Translations under genes and position numbers: made by a program
The notes under the pieces: model-generated
Database searches by the model: none
Seen by the model: the letters and a program-made list of their open reading frames with translations, nothing else
What the model was told of the DNA's origin: nothing
Part shown: in pieces, positions 35,909 through 48,128 of the stretch
Position numbering within the stretch: the stretch's first letter is position 1
How the letters are laid out: each line of letters starts with the position of its first letter
Source: Klebsormidium nitens
Lineage: Eukaryota > Plantae > Klebsormidiophyceae
Direction of reading: 5' to 3'
NCBI GenBank assembly: GCA_000708835.1
Contig: DF237090.1
Span: 1-64,000, forward strand
DNA: 64,000 bases

Positions 35909-37983
35909 CTACTGCTGCATCACATCGTGTCCCCTGTCCCCTTCTAATTGCATCATGTCGTCTGCCCGCACGACGTCCGACTCCACTTTTTGCTGCGGCG
36001 CTTCCTCCTCCTTGTCCTGGTCGAAGTTGATCGGAAATTTCGTGACCCTGGGCTTGTCTGCCAGGATCACCCGTTGCAGCTTGTCTAGTTGTACTCTGGC
36101 AGGCGGCTCTTCTCGTAGCTCCTCGTCAATGTACTCGTTGTTTACGTAGTAGCCTACTCTAATGAACTCCTGACCCCGATATGAGCATGTGAGCAGCAGG
36201 ACAGTGACCCCCACGATGTCGCCCTCTGGAATCTTCGACGGATCAGGAGGATCGGCCTGTAAAGTAAATCGATATTAAAAAGACGACAAAGGTCGTGCAC
36301 CAAAATCTTCGCAATGGGGCATATAAGACAGGGGTGGCTTGACCCCCAAGACGAGATTCCATATCAGAGTGCACGGCAGTGCCTTTGCAGAGACCCAACT
36401 TTAGAGGACGACACAAAAAGAATTGTTGATTGAGCCGTGATAGCAAATTTGGGAGGCTGTATCAAGGGCCCCACGCAAACCACAGATTAATTCATTAATC
36501 TCAATTAATCCCATAGCTATCAGTGGGCTGTATAAAAGTCGAATCAGGAGGGGTTTGTTATGCGACTCTGTCTTAAGGATAAACCAACTGCGACCATAAA
36601 GCATGGTTCCCTGTATCTCGAAAGAATGGTCACAACTGTATCTTACTGAACTCTTCCCCACAACAATCCCTCGACATCAATGACCAGCATGCCACCTCAG
36701 AAACAGGCCAGCTTACTTCAAAAGAGTTGATCCAACTTGGCATTTCAACTTGGCATGCCCTTGTACGTGCAAAGTTGATCAGGAAATAGTTGCATTTAGA
36801 AACTCAAAGCATTTCTGCCACGCTTTGACGGAAATTCTGGCTGAGACCGTTTACTTGCAGATCTGTTGAAAAGTGCATTTCATACGAGCACACGGAGAAA
36901 CTCACCTGGAAGACAAAGCGAAAGCTCCCCATATTCACGGGCCCCACGAGCACACTTTCCAGCGTCTGATCGTACTTTTCGTCCTCGGCAGACCCCACGT
37001 ACACCAGCTTCCACTCCAGGTCTGCAGATAGTCACATTCAGCGGCACTTGAGAAGCAGATTCTACAACAACCAGACAGAACCTTTGCATAGTGCTGGTGA
37101 AAAGACAATAGAAGCCGTAAAGCTTCTGATGTGCAAGAATGATTTATCCCAGCGGTTAACGCTCTTGAGAAATGTACATGCTCCATATATTCAGCCAGGC
37201 ACAAATGAGAAAATGGAAACACGCAGATGAGAGCACCCCAGAAGGTAAAACCACTGTCGTGTATCAAGGAAGTTCTGGCTTTGAAAGCCTAAGTCGCACA
37301 GCCTTTGCGAGCATTGATTTGGTTTCCCATCTTTCCAATAGATGGCTCCTTTTCAAGCAAGCACGTCTCAAGAGGACACGGAAAATAACTCTGTCAAATA
37401 ATAATCATGGCAGCTAACATGGTTCTTATGGCGTGCAAGTACCTAGTTTAATCTGGTTAAACCACACCAGATGAACTGAAAGATAACCAACCATGGCTTG
37501 GTTTGAGATCAAGAACACAAACAAACAGGTCCAAAACTTCTTCCAGCAAGTCGTTTCAACAAAATGAACCTTTTGTCTGGCACGGTCGAGCCTCCAAGTC
37601 AATGAACCTTCGTTAGCAACATGCCGCAGGCTTGTCTAACTTTAATTTCAGACAACCTACTTCTCCACAACCTCGAACCTGGTGTAGCAGTCAGTATGGA
37701 TTAGCCCTATAGGCTGCTTGTGCTCTGAAAGCACCGAAGAGTTCTACTGAGCAAAATGCTGCCAAAGCTTTCACCCATTGGTCTTCTACTGAAGGGGAAT
37801 AAGCAGACCAGTTGCGATAAGTTATAGCTTGAAACAAAAACAGTCTAAGCTCGCGCAGGCAACGAGCTACTCACCATCTTGAAGATTGTGTAGACATTCG
37901 TAGGATATCTCAAATTGGAAGGGGTTTGTGAACATGCTTGGGTTGTCGAGCACCACCACACTGGTCACATTGATGGCGCTCAT
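35909..37983 (-). CDS. ASF1: Histone H3/H4 chaperone ASF1
   Basis: Exons 37983-37875, 37021-36906, 36256-35909 (573 nt). MSAINVTSVVVLDNPSMFTNPFQFEISYEC...DLEWKLVYVGSAEDEKYDQTLESVLVGPV...VGVTVLLLTCSYRGQEFIRVGYYVNNEY...PRVTKFPINFD. Confidence 0.97.
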
Positions 37984-39037
37984 GCTGCTTGATGCACCAC
38001 CGCTGCGCTACCTGGGGACTGTCTTCTATTGACACCAGTTACAATGTGACTGTCTCACCAAGGGAGGCACAATCCTGCTATAACGCTCCTAGGAAGGGGG
38101 TCTGCAATGCAAGCTCTGACGCTCCTGAAGTTGCCAGAATGTAATCCGCCAAATTGACAATCAATCAAAATCAAGACGGTTGCAGGACTTGCGCGAGGTT
38201 ACTCCTGGGAGATCGTATGCAAAACAATCAAATTGGTGGCGCTGAGTGGCTGCTTGCAGCCTGTCGCCGCGGATGGGGCACCCGTGGAAGCAGCAGCGAT
38301 TTTCTGCGTGGCAGCCTTTGTTGAGTGGGCAGATTGTACAGCTAATGAGACGCGCAGAACGCTTGCAGAAGCAGGTAGAAATTGTGGCACTAGGGCGATA
38401 GAATTTTCTGCTTGTGGGAGCGACTGTGGAATTTCTGACTTTCTGTTGTGGGCTGCGTCTTCTTCTGGTGCTGCCAATGCTGGTCGTACGTCTTCTGAAG
38501 TTCTTCCCCCTCCACAGAGTTTGTGCACAGAAATCTGGCGGGAGAGGATTCAAATTTGGGAGTTTTCAGCTACACCTCTTGCAAGTAACGCTCCACGTGT
38601 TTGCAGCACAAGCATTACGTTGCAGCTTCGAGCTCGTTTCGCGGTTCCATTTGAAACCCCAAACCCTGGGAGCATTCCAAGGTTCCGTTCCGGTGACGTT
38701 CCGGGCGGATGTTGCTTGTAAGCACTGCTAGCGGCGTGCGCGCGTATTTAGTGTTCTGTGGTCTGTACGTTCTGCTTTGCTGCTTTGCTGCTCTGCTGCT
38801 TGAGATTGCTCTCTTGTTACAGTAAAATTTTACAACCTGAGGGGCAGCTAGGCAGCAGCATTGTGCCAGCAACAACCCATTTTCGCAACCTCTAAATGTT
38901 ACATGTCCGTTGCTACATGAGCTGGGAAAAACGTTAATGGAAAGCTCTGGCTCTAGCAAACAATCAAACACTCGTCAAGGATTACGCTTGTCTCCGGCAT
39001 ACACTTTACACACGCGTCTTCAACAACTTGAGGACCC

Positions 39038-41866
39038 ATGTCTCGAGCCGCTGTCAAAAAGCCCTTGCCCCGACTTGCATCTTTCCTCACCACCTTTGGC
39101 ATCGGCCGCAATGCTGTCGCACTTCACCCTCAGATGGTCGCTCAGGAATTGCAGGTTGCGCCCGTCCTGAATCTAGATGAGGCGGGCCATGCAAAACGCC
39201 TCTCAAGCGCCCTTTTCCAGAAGAAACATGGGCCGCTTCTACTCAGAGCCTCCCTCCACAATCAATCCTGGCAAACGGGTACAGAAACATTTGGATCACG
39301 GGCAGCGGCATCCGATGAGGCGGCATATCTCAAGCTTAAAAATTATCAGCATTGCATCGGCATAAGCGGGCGGCCTAGCCCCATAACTTACAGTGCAGTA
39401 AGACAGCAGCACAGCAATGCTGCCCCGCATGCGAGCGGTGCTTCGACAACGCAGGGGGCCAAAAAGGTGCATGGGGAATCCACCGGTGGTAAACAGGAGA
39501 ACGGCGGTGGGAAACAGGAGACCAACGGGGGTGGAACTGGGAGAGGCTTCTTTTCCAACCTGCAGGATGTCCCTCTGGTCCCGCTGCTTCTGGGGTTCGC
39601 AGGGGCAACCCCTTTCGTCGCTCTTGCGCCACCTGTCGCTCCCCTGCTGCCCCTGCCAGTAAGTCCTTCCGAATCCCGGCCCCCTAGCGTCCCTTCGTGT
39701 CGTACATGTTCTCATGCGCCTGATCAAACACGCTCCAAAAAGGACACCTTTTGGTTAGTGGTGTCAATACAAAGTATCCAACCGTCATTACTAAGTGGTG
39801 TGTGATTCCTGTTATGGTGGTGGCACGCTTCGAACCTGTCGCAACATGTTCCTGAGGTCGTTGGTTTGAAAAAGAGCAGCTGGTCGACAAAGAGCGCAAT
39901 GTCGTGTCTGGCCCACTTCTGGGCCCCTTCGCACAATCTTGACGCAGCAGATGAGATTTGGCCGGGAACGAACTACATGCGTGGATCCGTTTCAATATCC
40001 GCTGTTCAGGAGGACATGCACAAGCGGCGAGCAGACTGGCAAGCTGCGTATGGAGCGGTGATTGCGTCCTTCCTCGGGGGTGTCCACTGGGGGCTCGCAA
40101 TGGCGGAGCACGGACACCGGGCCTCCATGGCTAGCTTCTCCATCTCTACGCTCAGGTAACAGCAGGGCGGGAAGCACTCCTGCTTGCATCATAAGTTGTT
40201 TTCCTTCGCGGCATCAGAGGAGGATTGCATAGATTCAGGCGGAAGCCAACTTGCTGATAAGGATTTCCTTTCAGTTCGCTGGGTTATACGTCAACTTCAT
40301 CTCGATTTATACGTCAACTTCATTTCGACATCGCCCTTCATAACTTGGCTACAATAAATTACAGAAGTATGTCGTGGTTATCTTCCCCCTTGATGTAATC
40401 ATGACCGGCGTCAGGCAATCTGCACATTCAAGTGTGTCAGTTTTCTCGAAGCGAAAATAAAAGTCTGCGGTTCTTTAAGATTTTTGTCAATGAGTAGGGC
40501 ACACTTGCTTGAAAGCTGGATTCGAAAGCAAGGATCCTGCCACTCTGCTTACTGCCCTTTCTGCTGGTGCCTCGGTGCAGGTACACCTGGGGCGTCATCC
40601 CGTCCCTCCTGGCATGGCCCGCTCTCCTTCTTCCCCCGGCCGGGAAGTTCGCTGCTCTGAGCGGAATACTCACCCTGGTGAGGCGTCGTGGCTGGACTTG
40701 GCAGCTTGTGGTTCACAGAAGCGACCCATCTTGTTCAAGATCAAGTCTGATTTCCTGTATAGAACGGTCGCTTATAAAACGACTCGGCCGTGATGCGGAA
40801 ACGGAAACGAAAACGGACTCGACGTTGGATCATAAGCGGCCCTGGAAGCCATGCAACTTCTTGCCTCTCCCGAAAGACAGCGGCAATCAGACTTTTGTGC
40901 GCCTACTCTGAAAAGGGTGCTCTACGTCACCCCTTGTAATGCGAGGATGAGGAGATCATCTTGCGCCGGCATCGGTTTTTCGTCTCGTGCACCTGTTGTT
41001 CACAACTGTCTTGTTGTTGGACAGTCCTTCCTGGTGGACGCTGGATTCGCGCAGCTCAAGCTACTGCCAAAATGGTGAGATTGAAAACGGACCTCGTTGC
41101 TCAGGGCTCTCGGTTGGTCAGCCTCTTTTTATAACACCAGTATGTCCTTTTTCAAAGCCCCACGGCGATGACTGAACTCGTCTGAAGAAAGGGGCGGTTT
41201 TCAGGAAGAATAGGGCCTCTCAATGGGCGTTCTGGTATTGAACAGAACGGGGATTGAACGACAATCTGTGGGGAAGAGCTTGGCAATGGAAAATCCGGAT
41301 CAGAAGATGATTGGTTGGAATGCTATCTGAAAGCTATAAATCCGAGAATACGATCATCAGGAATGAGTCGCCATACTTCCCACTGTTTGGCTTTCGAGAG
41401 TGTGAGTGCCAGCCCTTTGAAAGAAACGAATGGTTGTAGGCGTAGCTGATTGGATTGCCTTCTACCAGTGGAAAGCTTTTCGCTTTCTCTTGACAAAGCA
41501 GCTGCCTGACCTCTACGTCTGACCTATTTACAGCAATTAGGACACCTCGCGGCTCTCATGCATTGACATCAACCCTCATATCATTAGGAGCTTTACGGAG
41601 GGGGCCTATACGCAGGTCATTCGAGAGGAAGATTCTCCCGACTCAATCAGGTTTTTCTGGCGCTTTCAACGAGGAATTGTCTTCTTACTGCGTGCAGGTA
41701 CATGCCCCTCCGCGTCTCCCTGACGGTGCTGGCTGTGGGCAGTTTGATATCATCGTGGTCGTTAGCGGCCGTCAAGTCAACGTACGACATGGCTCGAAAC
41801 CCAGTGAAAGTCAAAGAGGAGCGGTCTCCAGAAGTGAAAGTCACGCCAGAAAGCAAAGCGCTCTGA
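39038..41866 (+). CDS. DUF3429 / TMEM69-like membrane protein with organellar-type presequence
   Basis: Exons 39038-39658, 40010-40155, 40581-40677, 41025-41074, 41698-41866 (1083 nt). Motifs LGFAGATPF, YGAVIASFLGGVHWGLAM, YTWGVIPSLLAW and LLPKWYMPLRVSLT. Confidence 0.85.
40284..40329. repeat. 23-bp tandem duplication in DUF3429 intron 2
   Basis: TTATACGTCAACTTCATCTCGAT followed by TTATACGTCAACTTCATTTCGAC. Confidence 0.85.
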
Positions 41867-43224
41867 GCTAACAGATGAGAGCAGTTTCGAGAAAAACTCT
41901 GGGGACCGTGCTGGCTGCGTTCCTGCTGAGATCATTGCTTGCTTAAAGAAGCTTTGTACATATGCCCAATGGGAAGTTGCCGGGGTGGATTCGGCTAGCA
42001 AAGGTGGGCTTGTAACGAAGCGTCGGACATTGATCTCGAGAGTGGAAAGGCTACGAAGGACTGATTGACAGTATATATGATGACGTGACCAGACGGTCAA
42101 CAGAGAGATCCAACCAGATTGTCGGATCGATTACACGATTTCCCCATACATTGCCAGCTCAGTGGATCCTAACATGTCAAGAAGCTTAGTTGACCAAGGT
42201 TGAGTGACAAACTCGTAGATGATTACCGGAACAAACTAGAATATAGAACAACAGGTAATCGCGTCAGGTCCATTCACGCGACTTGGGCGGGATCTACTGG
42301 AGCAGGGCGGCCGGTAGTGGGCCGAGTTTAGGGTGTTACATCATGGACTTCGCCTGTATTCGCCTGCATGACAATCTGCCGCGCGCAACCTTTGCTCGTG
42401 TTGTATCTTCTCAATATAGTCGCTCTGTGTGGACGGTGCCAGTAATGAGTGTATAAGTACAGGCCCATGGCGCGCCTTTAGTACGATCCTTTCGAACATT
42501 GCGAATACGACTACCTACAGCCAGCTAGCCGGCAGTTTCAGATTGCCAGACGGCCGGAGTGACAAGTGCGCGAAGCTTGTTATGTATAAGCACATTAACT
42601 ATTTTCATTGTCTGTAATGTGGCTTTTGCTGCATGACGCCTAGCTGGGCGGCAAGTGAGCATCAGGGTTATGCATTGCCGAAATAACAGCAGCATGCTCC
42701 AGATCCGCACGATATCGATAAACTCTTCACGATACGATTGCCGGAAGCACATTCCTTTGAAGTATTCAAGGATTTCTCACCGGCCAACTCAATTGTCAGC
42801 TGTTGTTATAGCTTACGGGCCCCCTTCACATAGAAGTGCATGTGGTCGACTGCATGTGCATTCGATCAGGAGAGCGGACTCGCTTAATACACCTCGCCTC
42901 GAGTTAGAAATCGCCTGATTTGACGCTTCCCACAATAGGCAGCGATTGAGCTCTGCTCCCAAGATGTCAGCCTGTTTCTTATTGACTTTGCCAAACCTAC
43001 ATCCGTTTCTGTAAAGCTTCCAGAATTCACCTGACCCCTCTAGCAAAGGCTCGCTCTAGCCCTTCGTCGTCCTCCCCAGATTTCAGCGGTTCGCGTCCCG
43101 CTCCGACTGGTATGAAGCCGACGCCTACTTCTGCCGGTCAGATACGCTGAGTCTATCTCTGGAGGGGTAGATAATAAGGAGTCGAGTAAGGGTACGACCC
43201 CCCAGCTTGTCCGGGATAGTAACT

Positions 43225-44173
43225 CTAGGGAGCCTGTGTTCCAGACGGATACGGCGCCCCCGGGAACTGTGCCGGAAACTGCGCCGGATAGGCCGCCTGG
43301 TCTTGCGTGACGTGAGGCCCGCCTGTGCCGTGATTCTGCTGCTGCTGCTGCTGTAGAAGGACAACGTGCAGGAAACAATCAGCCCCGAGACATATCCTGA
43401 AACGCCTAACACTTTGTGGACGGTTTGTCTCTTTCTTGGCTGAGCTGGAGCGTTGCTTGGGAGAGGAGAACTGCTGCCACAAAGGGTACGAAGCGAATTT
43501 GCCTTGTCTAGAGGAACAATGAGCAGTTGGAACATTTACTTGCGCAAGAACTCTGCAGAACTCCGCAAGGAGCTGACGTTGTTTTCGAAAGCAACCCGAC
43601 CCGGGCCGGGACCGCGCTTTCAGAGAGGTCAACGCCGACGAGATTATCATAGCTTGACCTTACATGGCACGAAACCGCAAGCCCGAGGAGCCCATTTGTA
43701 GATTTGATAAGATTCTATCCTGCCCACAGAAAGAAGCGTCTTGCGCCTCGAGAGGGATCGGGACTTCTATCGTTCCTCTCAAGCTTTACCGCCAGTCCCA
43801 GAAAAGAAAACGAGTTTGACATAGCAGCCAGAACGACGCAAGCTCTCGTCAGAAGCTGATGTGAGTTTGAGGCCCTGGAAAGACGCGCGCCCAGAACCAG
43901 TAATGCATGCGAGTCTTTCAGAGCCGCACGAGCCGATCTCGTGACACAAACACTCTTATGCATGGCAAGTCCGTATACATACGGCCGCGCCACTCACTTG
44001 CTGCTGCCTCATCTGCGTTTGGAACTCCTCTTCCTCCTTTTTTTCTCCTTGTGATGGTGATGACGCGCGGCCGCGGTGGCGCCGACGGCCGCGACTTCGA
44101 CGACGCCACGCAACGGGTTGAACTTCTGTGGACCTTCCTCGTCGGAGGAGCTAGAGTCGTCGCGACCGAACAT
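43225..44173 (-). pseudogene. Short ASR/GPRP-like hydrophilic gene copy A, with a 1-nt frameshift in this sequence
   Basis: Exon 1 44173-43998, exon 2 43350-43225. As written, MFGRDDSSSSDEEG...VAAVGATAAARHHHHKEKK runs into TGA. One extra A in the A7 run (T7 at 44038-44044) restores KEEEEFQTQMRQQQ|GTGAGT and the phase-0 join to QQQQQNH...AYPAQFPAQFPGAPYPSGTQAP*. Could be a pseudogene or a homopolymer error. Confidence 0.6.
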
Positions 44174-45182
44174 GCTTGCTGAAGTCTGAAAGAAGCGGGC
44201 CAGGGAGAGGCAGCTTGAATCCGTGAAACAGCGTCAGCTAGAGAAGCGGGTTGAAAAGTTTCGATGAGGACGCAAGGCGATCGCGGATTGATGCGAAAAG
44301 CTTGGCGATCTCGTGAAGGTTCAAACGCTTGCGGCTCTTTAAATCAACAATGTGACTTGATAGACCTCTGTCGGCCAGAAGAGAGACGCCAGGTCGGAAA
44401 CGTTCAGCGGCGCATGGTGGGACGCATCAGACAACCTTAGAGATATTGTCGCGTCGACAAAGCCAGAGTTCAGATTCGAGACTCGGAGCGCCAAGGACGG
44501 GACTCCGTTCCAGAGTCGAAGAGGAGAACCAGAGTATGGTGCTATCTGAGATAATGCTATGTCGAACGGCCAGTCACATGCACGCCCTCAAAACTTGATA
44601 TAATGTCAACGGGAACATCAAATCGCCGTTTGATCTGCCGATGCTGCCCGGGCCTCGAGTATGCTTCATTTTCAGACACCGAGGAGATCTTTGCCAGGTC
44701 AGCAATATAGTAGTACGGCCGCAATTCTGCGTAGCGATCAATTGTAAGCCGGCTTCGTTAACGTTCTGCCTGAACGTTTTCTCTTGAGTTTTTGAACGGA
44801 TGGTCTTCCAACCGTAAGAATTTTTCCGTCGCTCTACCCGAGTGTATCCACCAGCACTAAGATTAGATTCTGACAAAATCACTGTGACGTATCGTGCTGT
44901 CCGGAGACAAGGTCAGGTGGTGCAAACCAGGAAGCTTCAAGGCATGACAACACTGAGTAGCGGGGCGTTCAGCCTCCGTGCTTTAGCAACGTACGTAGCC
45001 GGAGGCGCGGCTTTCCTTTTCGCAAAACAAAAGGAGCACTCTCACAGAATTCTCACGCTCTCCTCGAGTTGAGGCCATAGGTTGCTGTCACCACAATTTG
45101 TGCCGCTGCTGAACAGGCTCCCTCGTCTTAACCCCGAGCGCCTCCATCGACTCTTCCCCTTCGACTCTCAGCGTCTGCAAGC

Positions 45183-46514
45183 ATGCCTCTCGGAACATTT
45201 GGGAGGATCGCGGTCGCGAAGCACATTCACGACAAGAGGAAGGACGACGACTCTTCCTCCTCGGACGATGAGAAGCGTGGGCTTGGCCCGGTGGGGAAGG
45301 TCGCGGCGGTGGGGGCTATTCACCATCGCCGCGAGGAACATGATCGGGAACTAGGCCCGGTTGGAAAGGTGGCAGCGGCTGGGGCGATGCATCACCACCG
45401 GGAGGAGGAGAAAGAAGAGGAACAGATGAAGCGGCAGCAGGTGGGGCTTGACTAAAGGATGGAGTTTGATGGGTGTGTGCGCGCGCAGAAAGCATGTGCG
45501 CGGCACCTCTCTTTCATATCTCGTTCCTTTGACAGGTGCTTCGTACCTCTTTAGCTAGAGTAGATATCAGATGTTGCTGCGAAAGGAGCGGGACACCCAC
45601 CTATATCTTCTTCGCTGCTTAGTTTCAAGTTGCTTAGTTTCAAGTGTGTCACCTTCAAAGTCTCTGGGCATTGTTAAAACTTCCAGAGCAGCAGCCTTCT
45701 TCGAGGAGATCATTCTTGTGAGTGATTCTAGAGCGGCGGGTTTGATTTGTTGTTCATGCGAAGCTTATTTTGCCACAATTTCTCTACCAACATGTTTTCA
45801 ACCTCGCCTCGTCTCCGTTTTGGTAGATTGAGATAATTACGTGCGTGGGAATGTTGTGGCAGAGGCCCAAAACGGATTAATAGAAGAGCCCATTGGACGT
45901 TCAGCATTCATAATTCAGAAGATGTTCAGGGACATTGATTACTGCCCGCCACGAGCAAATTTAGATCCAAAGTCCAGGGTTTGTTGCGCAAAGTTTCTCC
46001 GTTAGAAAGATCTGCTCCTCCTCGACTTGAATTTGCCGGGGATCAAGGAAACGCTTCGCATTCCTGCTTTTGGTTGTTTCTCTTCTTGCGTCCTCGCATT
46101 CAAGGCTGACAAGCACTAAACAAAAAACTGGATCAATTCTAGCTTCGAACATACAAACAAACCCAGGTGGCATCGAAATTTTGCATATCTTCCAATCTTG
46201 AAACTGGACGCCGCAAGCGGGGATACTTTTATCTTCGCAAGAGTGCTTGCGTAATCGCTTGGATGCCTGTAGCAGTAACATGCACGGCTGTGAAGTTTGA
46301 CGATCCCTGACAAACTAAGCTCTTTTGCTTACAGCAGCAGCAGCAGGCGGCTTACGCGGCGGGACAACAGGCGGCCTACTATCCGCAGCAGCCCGGCTAT
46401 CCGGCCCAGTACCCTGCCGGGGTCGCCCCCAGCCCAGCTTACCCGGCTGGGTATCCCGCTCAGAGCGTTCCTGGACCGTACCCATACTCGACACCATACC
46501 CACCCCCTAAATAG
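45183..46514 (+). CDS. Short ASR/GPRP-like hydrophilic protein, copy B
   Basis: Exon 1 45183-45440, exon 2 46335-46514. MPLGTFG...DDDSSSSDDEKRG-LGPVGKVAAVGAIHHRREE-HDRE-LGPVGKVAAAGAMHHHREE-EKEEEQMKRQQ|QQQQAAY...PGYPAQYPAGVAPSPAYPAGYPAQ...YPPPK*. Confidence 0.8.
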
Positions 46515-48128
46515 GCAGCCACTTTACGGACTTGAGTAAATAAAGAGCTGCCGTCCGTTAGCGGTTGAATGGCTGTATAGGCGCAGACATTTTTTTCGGG
46601 GTCTTTCGATCAACGTTTGTGTGGGATGAGCTCAGGAAAGCGGCTCGCAGAGCTGGTTAGCTTTGGCGAGCACGGAACACGTCTTCATGCAGCGCGCACA
46701 TGCTGCGGCATGGCTTAGGAACGGACTTCTCCAATAATCTTCAAAACTGGTCCCTTCTGAAGTTTGCCTTCACGTTTGCGATATCGAGTCCGTTTACATT
46801 GGCATGGATGCCATTTTATGAGCAGCATATATCGCAGTCGAGTAGAAATCATGCGCATGACGTTATAAGCAAAGATTAAATGTTACTCCACAGAAAAGTT
46901 GCTCTGCTGCTGAGTTCACTAAACTGCAGTACACATCTAGCTTTCTACGCGAACCCGTCGCCTGTTTTAAGGCCCCTGTCCTGGAACACGCATTGCGCGC
47001 TGCCAGGATCTGACAACCGAACTTACAAGCGATAGCTATGGACAGAGAAACGTCCACTCCGGCCTACCGTAACACGGAGTCAAGTTGTTTTCGTATCCTG
47101 CATAACACGTTACGTTCGATGTACAGACCGTCATAGAGCCTGCTTTTTTGCGAGATCCAATCCGTTAAGTAATCAGGCCGGCGCGCCGGACGGTCTAACG
47201 GAGGCAATCTCATGCAAGACGGTCATCCACGCCGCATAAGGCGTGCCTAGCTTCAATATTACCTATCTTAGATGTGCGAGTCAAAGCTGCGCATATAAAA
47301 ACCTGCGCGCGTACTAATTGTGGTCTTCAACCTGTTCTGCACCACGGGTTCAATATATGCACGAGCTTTCCGGCATGTGGGCTCGACTGGCTGGGGGCTG
47401 CATGGCTCTAGCTGAGAATCGCGGTTTTGCGGACTCCCGGAGATCTTGGTTTTTGCAGATGTGATCGATCTTTTTGAATCGCGATGGGAGCATTGAAGAC
47501 CATGTTCGCTTTCGCCTCTAGACTCCCTAAAGTTCTTGAATGCAAACACGCGTGAACACGTTTGCTTTCCAAATCGATCGCGGATCATTCAAAGATTATA
47601 TTCGAGCTTACCGCCACGTACTGAGGGCGGCCGCAAGTCGCTGAACAGCTATTGATGCCAAGCAGCTGCTAACATACGGGTTAGTACCACGATGATGCAT
47701 GAATGTGAGGTGCCACGCACTTCTGCCAGCGTTTAGTTGAGCGTTCGCATGGCAGCCAACCACTGGGCCACTTGAACTTAGAAAACGACAGAGCTAGGAA
47801 TTGGCTGTCTATGTGATACAAAATGCTGGGCCCCTAATGCATGAGTGTCCTTGGTTATTTGAGACAGAGGGACTGCGTCCCGTCAAGGTCTTGCAGTAAT
47901 AGTATCACTTACTATACAAGGGAGTTGACTGTGTCTATGCTGCATTTCTACAAGGAACACGTGCTTGTGATGTCTTCGTCAACTCCCTGCATTGCGAGCA
48001 CGGAATATGTCCAACTCGGTTCCACAAGCAGAGATTTCTAGTTAATCATCAGCTCATTGAGACAGAACGGTGTTCGGAACCACCCCTCTCCAAGTAACGT
48101 CCATTGGCACCATATCCACGGGGACTGG

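Noticed and set aside
36294-36375. Possible structured RNA in ASF1 intron 2
   Set aside because: The closing stem is largely a repeated self-palindrome (GTGCAC), the inner stems are short, and there are no snoRNA boxes.
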